Made by a program: the position numbers and the translations under genes. DNA of 64,000 nucleotides from Lama glama (taxonomy: Eukaryota). The notes beneath the pieces are model-generated. The model did not search any database. It was not told the DNA's origin and saw only the letters and a program-made list of their open reading frames with translations. The stretch lies in contig CM052851.1 in NCBI GenBank assembly GCA_028534125.1, positions 1,178,001 to 1,242,000 on the forward strand. Reading direction: 5' to 3'. Shown in pieces: positions 22,501 to 34,064 of this stretch (positions within the stretch are counted from its first letter, which is position 1; each line of letters opens with the position of its first letter).

Positions 22501-25500
22501 GTGCGAGTCCTCAGGCCACCCTGGGCCCCCAAGGGCGCTGAGCCCCAGGAAACCTCAGTGCGGCCAGCCTGGCAAGCCGAAGGGGCTCGCGTGTGGGCTG
22601 CCCCTACCCTAGTCCTGGTTCCTGGTCCTTTCTCTGCGGATCAAAGTGGGGTCCACCTTACGGGCTTCTTTACACCCCGGCCTGGGCCTCCCCCTGTTGC
22701 CTCGGGGTAGGGAGGGGCGGGGGGGGGGTGCTGGTTCCGGAGGGCGGCTCTGTCCCAGGCCCCTCCGGCCCACCCTTGCCCGAGCCACCCCCACCCCCGC
22801 CCAGAGCAGGGGTAATTGTGGGAAATGCAAGCCACAGGCCTCGGGCTCATTTACACCTAACTCAGTGGGATGTGCAGCCGGGGCCTTTGATGTCCAGGGC
22901 CTGCCGGCCTTTAGGGCTTTGTGGGCTGTGAAACAGGAAGCCCAGGGGTTTGGGGGCAGAGCCGGCGCCTCCTCCCTCCACAGTGGGCTGTCAGGGACCC
23001 AGGGGCTGTCCCCTCCTGGGGGAGGGGAGGCTGGTTGCCAGGCAGCCCTGGCGGTGGCACAGGCACCCCCTCCTTTGCCCGTACCCCTGCCGGGCAGTGC
23101 GGGAGCTGTTGGGCCCGGGCAGTGGGATGGAGTGGGGTTTCTCTACACCTCCCCTGACCAGGAGCAAGTGCAGCCATCTTCCAGGAAGAGCTGGGCACCC
23201 CAGGGCAGGAGGGGCCGAGGTGGCCTGGGGAGAGCAGGAGGCCAGATTTGGAAAGCTGGTTCCAGGGATAGGTCAGCGCCCAGGTCAGGAGCAGCCCCGG
23301 GCCACCTCACTGCTGACTTCCTGACACCCAGTCAGCCTCCTGGGCTGTGGTCACGCCAGAGGGGCAAGGGCCAGCCGTTGCGGCTGGGAACAGGCTCCAG
23401 GAAATCATCCAGGGCAGGGGGCATGGAGCCCGCTGTCCCCCTATGGGGGCCACTGACCCAGCCTCTGCCTGAAGGCCTGTGGGCAAGAGGGCACGGGACC
23501 CTCACTCAGGCGGGGTGCGGATGGGGGCCTGCCAGTTGCCCATCAGGACCAGGCTCCACTGAGGTCTTCTGGAGGGCTTCCTGGAAGTGGCAGCTTGGAG
23601 GAAAGCCGAGAGGGTTGGGGCAGGCTGCAGGCCGAGGTGGACACAGGCTGGAGTCCAGTGGGAGCAGAAGCACAGGGCTGCCCCGGGGTGTGTTGTGTGC
23701 ACACGGGAGCAGGAGCGAGTGTCTGAGAACTCCAAGCCTGGAGCGATGGGGCCGGCGGGTTGGCCAAGACAAGCCGGCCCTGCTGGGTCTGCAGGGATGT
23801 CAGGGCCACGCTGGGGCACAGGAGACACAGAACAGAGCCCAGAGCCAGTTTCCTCACCCTGACCGTGTACAGCCAGTGTCCCCCAGGGTGCCCCCAGCCC
23901 CTACCCCCAGCCAGAGGGCTGTATGTGCTGGTGGGGCGGCGGACAGCTGTTCGTCTCTCCACATTCCAGACTCAGGGCCAAGCATTTGGGTGAGGCTGTT
24001 TTTCTTAAAAAGTGTCATTTGAAAATAAACAGAGTTGCTGGTGCTTCTCTGATTGCCTTGGATCCCCAGGGAGCCGCCGCAGGCAGCGTCTGAGGGTCCA
24101 GGTGGGGGGGTCTTCCCCTGCCAGATGGCTCTGGAGGCTGGGCACCCGGAGATGGGGAAATCGCTTCCTGGCCTGGTTGATGGGTCCAAGAGGTGGCCTT
24201 CCTTCCGCACGTGGCTCTGTTCCCAGGGCAGGGCCAGGCCCGGCTGGGTCTCATTGCCGGGGAACGGTGTGGGGTGACTGAGGGTGGCTGGGGGGATCTC
24301 CCGCACCTCTTGGCCTTACTCCTACATGCCTGGGGCTCTGGGGGGCTGAGGCCCTCACCCGCTTCCACCTCTGCTCTTTGCTTGGCAGTGGAGGGAACAG
24401 GCGCCCCTCCTTAAGCCCCACATCCCCATGGAAACCGAGGTCTCTGGGGCTTCCTGGGGACCCCCGCTCCGTGCCACAGCCCCGCCAAGGGAACTGGCAC
24501 TTTCTCCTCCTGGAGCAAAGCCCAGGCCCCACCTTCCCAGGGGTCCTGTGGGCCCAGGCCCGACCGTGACCTCTGGGGGGCGACGGGGGAGGCTGGAGGA
24601 GGCTGTCTTCCACCTGCACGCTGGCCCCTGCCCCTAGGGCTGAGGCACCCTTGGGCCCCCAGGCAACAGTGAGCAAGGCCTAGACCCCTGCCAGCCTGTG
24701 GGCTTGGAGTTCTCATGTGGCCCCAGCAGGGTCTAGAAACAGGGATGCAGGCGCCTTGCCCACGCTACGCACCCCATCTCTTCCCCTGGCCTGGCGGGCT
24801 TCTGGGCACGTGCTCACACCAAGCCTGCTCCCAGGCTCAGCAAAGCCTCGGGAAGGCGCCTGGGGTAGGAGCTTTCAGGGGGCCTCCGTGGCTCCTGGCA
24901 CTTCGTGCGTGGAGAGGCCCCACCTGTGTCTGTCCCCACGCCAGGAGCAGCAGGGACCCGTGGCATTCAGGGGACTGGGAACCCAGGTGCGAGGCCCTCC
25001 CAGCCCAGAAGGAACCTGGGGACCCTAGGGAGGTGTCTGTGAGCAGGGCAGGAGGTGTGCGTGAGTCCCCAGGAGATCCTCAGCCTTGTCCCAGAGACGC
25101 CCCCAGGGCCAGGGCAGCCTCAGAGAGACAGGGTCTTCCTGGGTGGGCATTGCGTGGGGTGGCCAACCCCTGTCCCCTGCCAACAGGACCCTGCAGCACC
25201 GTGAGATTGTAAAGATGGCCTGCACTGGGGGTGCAGGCAGCAGGGGGAGACCCCAACGCCACTCGAGGCAACCTTCGGGCTGGACATGGCATGAAAACAG
25301 GGCGGCATGAGGCCTGCCGAGGGGCTGCCTGCTCCCCCCGACACACCGCCCTTTCCCTCGCTTCGTGCACACCGACCCTGACCCCCGTCCACCGGGGGTG
25401 GGCCCAGCCCCGCCGGCCCTGTTTGAGCTCGGAGGTCAGTGCCTGGGGACTTTGCCTTGGGGATGCATCCCGGAGCCCACGTGCTCAGCATCCCTCCGTC

Positions 25501-28500
25501 CTGCCCACTCTGCCTGGGCTGGGGAGTGGGCGGTGGGAGGCGGGGTTAGACCGAGACCCACCTTCCTCTTCTGGCTCAGCCTCGGAAGCCTTTCACCTTC
25601 CAGAAAGTTCCTCCGATTTCTTTGCATCTGCCCCTCACCCTCACCCTCTAGGGCGGTCTTCTTGCTGGTGGACGGCCCCCTGTGGATGGTGGGCAATTCT
25701 GCTCCTGGGGACCTCCAAACACCCCCGACCGTCAGGGGCACACCAAGCCGGAGGGCGGTCTAGACAGTGGGGGTGAGCCTGCCGCCGCAGCCGCGTCCTG
25801 GCTGGTCCCTTCAGTGGCTGAGGGAGCTCGGGGACCCCTCCCGCCTCTCTGTGCGATTCAGGGGAGCGGCGTGTGTTTCCACCAGAAGGTTCCTGGGGTT
25901 AGCCGGGTCTCCCTGACGCCTGCCGGCAGTGCTGGTGGAGGGGGCCCCCGGTCGGCGCTGGAGGCCAGAGAGTCCTGGGTTGGGACCTTGAGCCCCGTCT
26001 CCCAGGAAGCTTCCTCAGACCACCCAGCTGCACCTCTGCCCATGGCAGGGTCCTGTGTCACCCCCAGTCTGGAAGAACCCAAATCCAGAAAGGATAGCAG
26101 ACTCAGTTCAGGCCGAGTGGCCGCTCCCGCGGGGCCCGCTGGGGGCAGCGGTGGCTGGGGCTCAGGCTGCAGAAGCTGGCTGTCAGCTTCTGCTCCCCGC
26201 TCAGTTGTCCGGCTCAAGTGTTAAAATAAAAAGGGGGAGAGTGTGTGTGGTGGACGAGGGGGTGAGGGCTGAGGGAGACAGGAAACCAGACCAGCTCGAG
26301 GCCCGCAGGCGGGCAGCCTCCTCTCCCGGGAGCGAGCCCACAGGCCCGGGGGGCAGCGGGGGGCTTCCAGCCTTTCCAAGGAAGTAGCTCCTTCTGGGAC
26401 GCGAAGTCCCAGGCGCCCCACGCTCCCCGGGGGCCTTTCATCCGTCTCTCTCACCCCTTCCCTCCTCTGTTCCTGGGCAGGGCTCCTGGCAGAGGCAGCC
26501 GCTGTGGGGACCAGACGTGGGCCTCCTGCAGCTTGACCCAGCTCCCCCCGGCACTCCCTGCCCTGAGCTGGCCTGTGGGGGGCAGAGCGGAAGGTCTTCT
26601 CCAAGCGCATTTTCACCCGGCCTGGAGCAGCAGGAACCCCGGCCACCTGTAGAGGCCTTGCCGCCATTTTGGAAGTGCCGGGCCATTTGCTGTTGGCTGA
26701 GACACGCTGGGCTGCCTTCCCGTGAGACCCGAGGGGCATGGGCTGGATCATGGGCACCCCCTCTCAGAGGCAGCCAGCAAGCACAAAAGGGCTGCGAGGA
26801 GAAGCTGCGGCTCCTGGAGCTGGTGTCTTTGGGGACGAGTCAGGACAGATGTGCACAGGCTGTGCCCTCCACCTCCAAGTGGACAGCCACAGGCCCAGGC
26901 CAGGAAGGGGGTGTCCCAGGGCCGTGCGGGCAGTGGGAATCAGGGGCCCCTGGATGACGGTGGGGTGTTCGCAGACCGTGGGTGTTCTGGGGGGGCTGGG
27001 GCTGGGGTCTGGATCCTGCACGGGGCCTCAGTGGGAGAGGGGGCACGTCTGGGACAGGTTCCTGGGTGACAGCTCCGTGACGGATGGCCAGGGAGCAGGG
27101 AAGTCTGGGGCTCGTCCTGACCTGTGGGCCCGCTCCAAGCTGGGCGGCCAGGGCCCTCCGGCCGGCCTCTTTGTACCGACCCCGGCCTCCCGGGGAGGTC
27201 TGAGCATGGCGTCCAGCCCACTTGGCTGGGCCCAACACCCAGCTTGGAACGGGAAGTCTGGGTGGCTTCTCGGGGGGCCCCCTACAACACCCACAGAGGC
27301 CCGGGTAGGCAGGCGTGGGGGTCTGTTTCCTGGCCCGAGGCCTTCTTGCCGCTCCAAGAGGCTGAAAGGCCAGCAGAGCAGGCAGGGGTGGACCTCTGAA
27401 TTCCATTTCCTCCAGACCCCATCCTGCTGCCCTTCCCACCCAGCCCCCACCGTCCCCTCCTCCCCGTAAGCACTTACCCGTGACAGGCATATCATGTCAA
27501 CCCTTAATCCCAGGGTCCCAGCCTCCCTCCTGTGGTCTGTGAGACTCCCACTCCCCTGCCCCTGCACTGGCCCCACCGTCTGAGGCTCACAGCCCCTCCA
27601 GGCAGGGGCCGTGCTCACCCAAATCCAGGACCCATGAAATTTGGCCTTAATTGAGTTGTCGCATGACAGCGTCCCACATGTGGGAGGCTAACACTCTGGG
27701 ACCCTCTTGGCCGCCTGTGGGGCGGGGGCGTCCTGGGAACCGAGGGAGAACTGTCTCCCGGGAGGCGGGGGGGGCTGAGCCTTGTCCCGGGCACAGGCCG
27801 CTGACTGGGGGGCTGGTGTGTCACTGTCCCCCTCCCCCCGTGCTCTGGGCCCTGGCCTGCGGGGAGCCTGAGGCAGCAGCCTGGCCTTGGCTACGGCTGC
27901 CCCTCGGCCCCCTCTGGCTCTGTGCCCACTGGGAAAACAGCCACTGTATCTTGGCCACCTCCCGAACTGCAAACAGCCACGTGTCCCTTGGGGGCCACTC
28001 TTGGCACACATGCCCTCTGCCCCACGTCCCAGGTGAGGTCGTTCACCCTCGGAGGGGGCACCGGGGTCGGAGGCTCTGGGCCCACGGCCCCCCTCAGGCC
28101 AGCATGAAGGGAAGGCATGGGAAGGGTGGGCGGCCCGGGTCCGGGGTCAGCCCCAGAAAGGGCTGCGGGGAGGGAGGGACACGGCGGAGAGTCAGGGGGA
28201 TATAGGCAGTTAAGTGGAGTTCAGCCTGGATGGTGAGAGCTGGCAGGGACCCTCCTGGTGACACAGGGCGCTGTCCCCCTTCCTCACCCCTTCCTCGGTG
28301 ACAGAGGGCCGGGGGCCCCTCTCATCTCTCCCACCTTCTCCTCCGCTCCCTCCACCACCCCTCTGTCCACAGGCCACAGGCCAGGGGCTCTGGGGTCTGT
28401 CCCAGACCAGTACACAGGGACCCATGAGCTCTCAGGGCATCCCACGGGCTTCCGTCTCCCCAGGAGTCGGGTCCTAGGAGGGGCGAGGTCCCCCCTCACT

Positions 28501-30354
28501 CTCCTGCCGTCACTTCCTTGGCCATCCTAGGCTGACTCATCCCTTCGGGGCCTCAGGAATCTCTCTGGGGGGGCAGTAGCCTCAGGGTGGCAAAGTCTTG
28601 AAAGTAGAACCCCTAGCAGGCCAGTGGACATGGCAGTGAGGCCATGGGGGCTGTTGGGGGGAGCAGTCCCCCCAGCTGGCCCTGGGTGCTAGTGGAGCAC
28701 GTGTCCCACATCCAGAAACTTGGCCTGGGCCCTATGCCAGGCCTCAAGCCCCTGGGCCTCTCTGGGGTCCCCACAGCCTGGCGGAATCTGGGGCTCCTCT
28801 GTTGAGGAGAGGACCCTCTTGGGTCCCTGTCACGTGCAGAGGTTCTGGGAAGCAAGGCTCTCGGGCCATGTCCTGCCCTGGCCCTGTCCTAGGCTTCCCG
28901 CTACCCTCCCAGAGACGGGGGCTTGCGGGGCCTAGCTGCAGGGTGCAGGCCAACCACTAGAGGAGGCCCCAGGAGGTCCCCTTTCCTCAGGGTGACCCCG
29001 GCTGGGTGGGCAGGGTGTCACCATGCTGGGTCTTCCCATCCTCCCATGGTCCCAGGGTGGCAGTCAGCCAGAGCTTGGGGCCAGCAAAGGGGAGCCCCTT
29101 CTGGCTTCTCTGAGATCCGTGGGGGGCTGGCCCGAGTTCTGAGGGACCCACTGGAGCCCACTGTGCTGCGCTGGGCCTGAGACCCATCCCAGAGGCCACC
29201 GTGTGCCCCGCAAAGCCACAGGCCTCTTCCAGAGGGATGAGGAGGTGGAGGCCAGGCCCGTGGCCCCCATGCTCTCCGATGGGGACACTGGGACTCGGGG
29301 TGGGTGAGGGAGGAGGCCTCCACCCCAGACCCCAGAACAGTGGGCCAGTGTGTGGGCCAGGGGTGGGGGGCAGGGTGCGGGAGGAGGCCCGAGTGGGCTG
29401 GGTCCTGCTTCATAACCCCCCGGCGGGAAGCTGCCGACTCCTGTGCACTGTGTTGACACAGGGGTGATGTCACCACCGACCAATGGGGAGCCCGTCGGGG
29501 GCTCTGTGTGTGCTCCTCTGCACTCCGTGGGCCCCGCAACGCACGGGGCGCTATCTGAAAGCCACCTGAATAAACCCAAGGGGCCCTACTTCCTCCCAGT
29601 CTTGTCTCCTGCAAGTCCCACCAACCCTGCTGCCCAGACAAGAGAGGCGGGCGCAGGGAGGGGTGGGGTGGGAGGAGGCCTGAGCCCTGGGCCTGCACTC
29701 CGCTCAGATGTGTGGCCCCCAGAGCCTCTCCCCCAACACCCCTAAACCTCCTTGGCCACTCTTCCACACATCGGGGTTCCCGTGGCAGCCAAGGATCCCC
29801 CCAGGCCACACCCTGGGCCATGTCATGGCAGTGCCTTTGTCCCCACTTCTGCCCAGAGCCCTGACCTGCAGCCCTGCCAGACCCGCTGCTCCAAATGCTC
29901 CGTGTGGTCGATGTTCTGCCAAGCACCCTCTGGCCCACCGCTCGCCCAGGTCTGGGACTGGCCGCCAGGCGGCTCTGTGCCCCCAGGGTCAGCGCTGGTG
30001 GCCGTCCTGTCTCAGGCATCCTGAACTCCTGACCTCTTTGTTCCAGAAAGCCTCGAACCCAGGGTGCTCTTCCCATGTCGGCGGCCTTCCCTTCCTCCTC
30101 CCCCACCTCCGGGGGACTCTTCCCGCTCCGTTCAGGGTGAACGCTCCTGCCCAGCCTCCCGCCCCCGCTCCTCCGCCCAGTGAGCCTTCCATCTGGGCAG
30201 ATGGGTTTCTGCAAAGTGTGGCAATCCACGGCCTGCAGCCCGCAGGTGCCCCTGCCCCCTTGTTAGCTCTGCTTCCCGGGCCTGCAGGAAGTACCGAAGG
30301 GCCTGGGCACGTGGTGGCATCGGGCAGGAGTGGGACGGGGCCCCCCGCGCTTGG

Positions 30355-30530
30355 CGCCTAGATTGTTTGCTGGTCCAGCCCCGGCCCGCGCCGCTCCCCG
30401 CGGACCCGGCTGCCCGCCTGTGTCCGGCCAGGTGTTCAGTGTTGGAGCGCGGGGTCCCGGAGGACAAGGATCTCAGTGTCTGCTTTATGCAAGCACGGTG
30501 CTGACAAGGAACAGAGTATCCACAGTGACC
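30355..30530. promoter_or_regulatory. Candidate H19/IGF2 endodermal enhancer
   Basis: FOXA-type TGTTTGC (30364-30370), C/EBP TTATGCAA (30485-30492) and a MAF half-site TGCTGAC, about 6 kb downstream of the H19 TSS. Confidence 0.45.
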
Positions 30531-31515
30531 GCTTCCAGGAAACGGCTCCCGGCGGGCGGGGTCCGCCAGGGAGCAGCCCCTTCACAGCAAGCTGGCCTGC
30601 AGGTGGGCTTCTAGGAAGGGGCCCTGCTGGTGCCCTTGCCCCGGCAAAGGGCCAGCCATATCACCAGGTGCAGGCTGGGGAGAGGTGCAGAGAAAGGAGG
30701 GGCTGGGGGAGTAGACGGGCCGAGGGGCCTGGGCCGTGGCCTGGTGTGGATCCCACAGCCTTGAGGGAGGCCCAAGCTGGCCACGCTCCTTCTAGGGCCT
30801 TCTGTTACCCCTCTGGGGGTCATGCAATCTCCACTGGGGCCCCTGGCTCCAGACCTTGTCGGTGCAGCACACGAGGGAACCCTGGACACAGGGAGAGGCG
30901 AAGGAAAGTGCTCCCAGCCCAGGCCAGGGTTGGGTTCCAGCTCCCTGTTGGTGCCGCCCCGCTGGCCTCTGGCCTGGGCCATGGCCCACGGCACCCTATG
31001 TCCTCCTGGAGCCCGGGGTGCAGCGAGGGGCCGCCTCGCAGGCCCATCCTGTTTATTGAGACTTGCCGCTGCCCCAAATGTCACATAGGGCCTGTTTAAG
31101 GGACGTCGTTTCTTTCATGCTGTCGAAACTTTTTCTGTTCCCACTCAGGGGTCATCCAGAGCCGGCCTCCACTCTGCCCCCACTGTCCACGTCCTGCCTG
31201 AAGGTGGGCCTGGGATCATTAAACTGGGCCGAGACCAAACCCACACACACACAAAGGCATGCACGGGCAGGCCCAGAGTCCATGCTCCAGGGGACACTGC
31301 CTCCCCGGGGCCGGGCCACACAAAAGCCAGCAGGCCCCGCAGAGCGCCGCTAAGCAGGACGGGGCCCGCTTCCATGCCTCCAGCATGACCACACGGCTAG
31401 AGACCCGCGCTCACAGCCCCAGACACACGCTCGTGGACACACAGTGCAAGAGAGGAGGCTGGTCAGGGCTGCGAAGCCCGGGAGCACGCAGCTGGCAGCA
31501 CTGAACTCCTCGAGG

Positions 31516-31628
31516 ACACGTGCGCGCACACACACACACACACACACGGACACACACACACACGGACACACACGTGGACGCACAGACATGTGGATGCACA
31601 GACACGTGGACGCACACGTGCACACACA
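31516..31628. repeat. Compound (CA)n microsatellite with degenerate 16-bp ACACGTGGACGCACAG units
   Basis: Directly visible alternating purine-pyrimidine tract. Confidence 0.9.
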
Positions 31629-31764
31629 GTCGTGTTGAGTGCTGTTTTCTGGGCAGTTTGGCGACTCCTTGGCCTAAACCCTCCAAAGCAGCACAGCCTG
31701 GGCAGGGTCCAGGCGTGAAGGCCCAGGCCTCCCCCACCCCCCCCGCCCCCGTCGGGTTTGGGAG

Positions 31765-31835
31765 TGAAATTCAAGCCCCTGTTTGCTTGCTGATATTTAA
31801 CTCAGCACAGGGGCATTGTGAACATGACTTTGGTG
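31765..31835. promoter_or_regulatory. Candidate endodermal enhancer module
   Basis: TGTTTGC (31780-31786), HNF1-like GATATTTAAC and HNF4-like TGACTTTG within an AT-rich island. Confidence 0.4.
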
Positions 31836-34058
31836 GGGGGTCCCGGCCTCTCTCAGAGCCCCCTCTGAGCCCCTTCTCTAAAAGGAGGAATTTGGGCTGG
31901 GCCAAAGTAACACATTCTAACCTGGGGTCCCCAGCTCCACGGAGGGGCAGTTTTCCCAGCCCGGGCAGGGCTCATCCCTGGCTGCAGAGCCAGGCCTAAG
32001 CCGTGGGTCCACGCCCCACCACCATCCTGCCTGCGGGCTGCCCGCACCTCGCCCAGGGACCTCCAGGTGGCTTCCCTCCTGGTGCCGCAGGGAACCAGCC
32101 TTGGATGCAGAGTGGGTGTAGACTGCCCTGTGTGTGCAGACAGGTGTGTGCACGGTCCCAGACTGACCTGGGGAACACGGAGTTGTCTCCCCAAGGTAGG
32201 TGTGGAGAGGAGCGTCCACCCCAGCCTAATGCCCATCCAGATGTGCCCACTTCCCCAGATCAGCCTCAGGGCCTCAGGTGGAAGCCCGGAACAGAAGGGT
32301 GGGTGTGACCGGATAAGGCCGCAGCCCCACTGTACTCGCAGCTGGAATCCGTGGAAGCAGGCAGAGTCCTCTGTGTGACCCAAAGAGGTTTCCAGGCCAC
32401 CCGAGGTGCCCACACCACCTTCCCTAGCCCCTGGGAAGTCAGATGTTTGCCATCTGAGGCCCAGCTTTGAAAGCTCTGGGAGAGCCGGGAATTTGCACTA
32501 AGGGCTGTGGGGAGACCCTGCCTGAAGGACGGGTCCCTTTGTCCCACTGGCAAAACCCCTGTCGGTGAGTCCAGCCAGCTGTGGGCCTGGAGACGGGTGT
32601 GGCCTCGCCCGTCAGCTGCCCCCTGGCCTGTGAAAGCCTCGGGGGCAGCAGCAGGCACTCAGGAGACCCTGAGGCGCCGTCGGCGAGGCCTCCCGCAAGC
32701 ACGCCCACCCCTGCTGCGGAGCGGACCGCGGCCCGGCTGGCTCTTGTGCCCCGGGAGTCCTGCGGCCCCCGTCGGGTGGGAGGATGGGGCCCAGGGAGGA
32801 GACCAGACACACGGGCTCCGTGGGGAGTGCACGGCGGGGTGAGCTCCCGGGGCCCGACTCAGGGCAGCCGAGGGCCACGCGGCCCGGACGCTGGGAAAGG
32901 CCGGAGAGCAGGGTCTCCCAGGACTTCGCTATCGCATCTCGGTCAGTCGGCCCGCGAGGCATTTCCTGTCTGCCCTGAGCTCAGGAAGGGGTCAAGGACC
33001 CGGCCCTGTTTCCAAGGGCCGCTCCCTCGGGCTCCCGCCCTGCGCCAGGCGCCCAGGAGCTGAGAGGCCCACGGGGGCTCAGAGGCAGAGGACGTCATTG
33101 GCTCAGCCTCTGTCCTGTACCCAGACACCGACCACGAACCCCAGGAGCAAACCCAGGCCAGGCGCCGGCAAGACACGGCCCTGGGGTATCAGCGGCAGGA
33201 CCCCAACCACGGGACCCCCGCCACCCCGGGCCCTCACCTCCTCCCTCACCCGCTCTGCCCCCATTGTCCCTGTCCTCTGCCCACGGAGAGCTCGAACTCA
33301 CCCCGGCCTGCCCGCCCCTTGCTGCAGCTGAGTGGACTCCCTGGAGCCTCTCCCTTGTTGCCCCCCGCACCCCCCGCACCCCTCTGCGCCCCCCTCTCCC
33401 TCCACAGCGCAGTGTGAGGGGAGGGGACATCTCTGTGTCCTTGAGTCTGGGCTCAGCACCGGCAGGGCTGTTGGTGGGGCTGGCCGGGCCGCCTGGCCTC
33501 ATGGGCCCACGTCAAGCCCGCTCCCCTCGGATGACTCCACAGACCAAACCCCCAGGTCGGGATTCTGGGGCCTGGGGCGCAGGCTCGGGGAGGCTCAGGT
33601 GTCACGCGTGCGGGCAGTGATTTGCGGGGCAGGGCGGAACTTAGAGACATTCGGGTGGCCCCCACCAGGGCCGACGACCCTCTTCGCCACCTCAGCCCCC
33701 ACCTCTCCCTGCAGGGGCCCCCCGGGTCCCACAGCAGCACCCTCTCCCTGTGGTGCTTGCCCTCCACCTTGTGTTCCCTCTGCTGCCCCAGCCCACAGGC
33801 CACAGCCCCCCAGGCCGTGATCCCACCTCGGCCCCTCCCCTCCTGTGTGCCTCAGTCCACCCCCGACACCCCTGCCCAAGCCCCATCCCCACCCCTTCTG
33901 CCCGCTTTGCTCCCATGTGCCCCGCCCCGCCCCTCAGGTTCCTCCCCGGTCCCCTGTGTGCTTTGTGTGTCCCCCATCTACGTCCCAACCTCCCCGTCCC
34001 TGTCCCCCCAGCCCAACGGTCCCAATCAGAGTCCTGGAGACAAATTCCTGTGACTGAG

Positions 34059-34064
34059 TTTATT
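34059..34064 (-). terminator. H19 polyadenylation signal
   Basis: AATAAA on the minus strand in the context GGACTCATCAATAAAC, as at the H19 3' end. Confidence 0.9.

Noticed and set aside
22646-24022. 458-aa ORF, and similar long ORFs such as 29018-30229, 49658-50920 and 56660-57745
   Set aside because: Low-complexity P/G/A/R/S composition, often non-ATG starts, overlapping ORFs in all frames and no recognisable domain. This is expected from stop-codon scarcity in GC-rich DNA.
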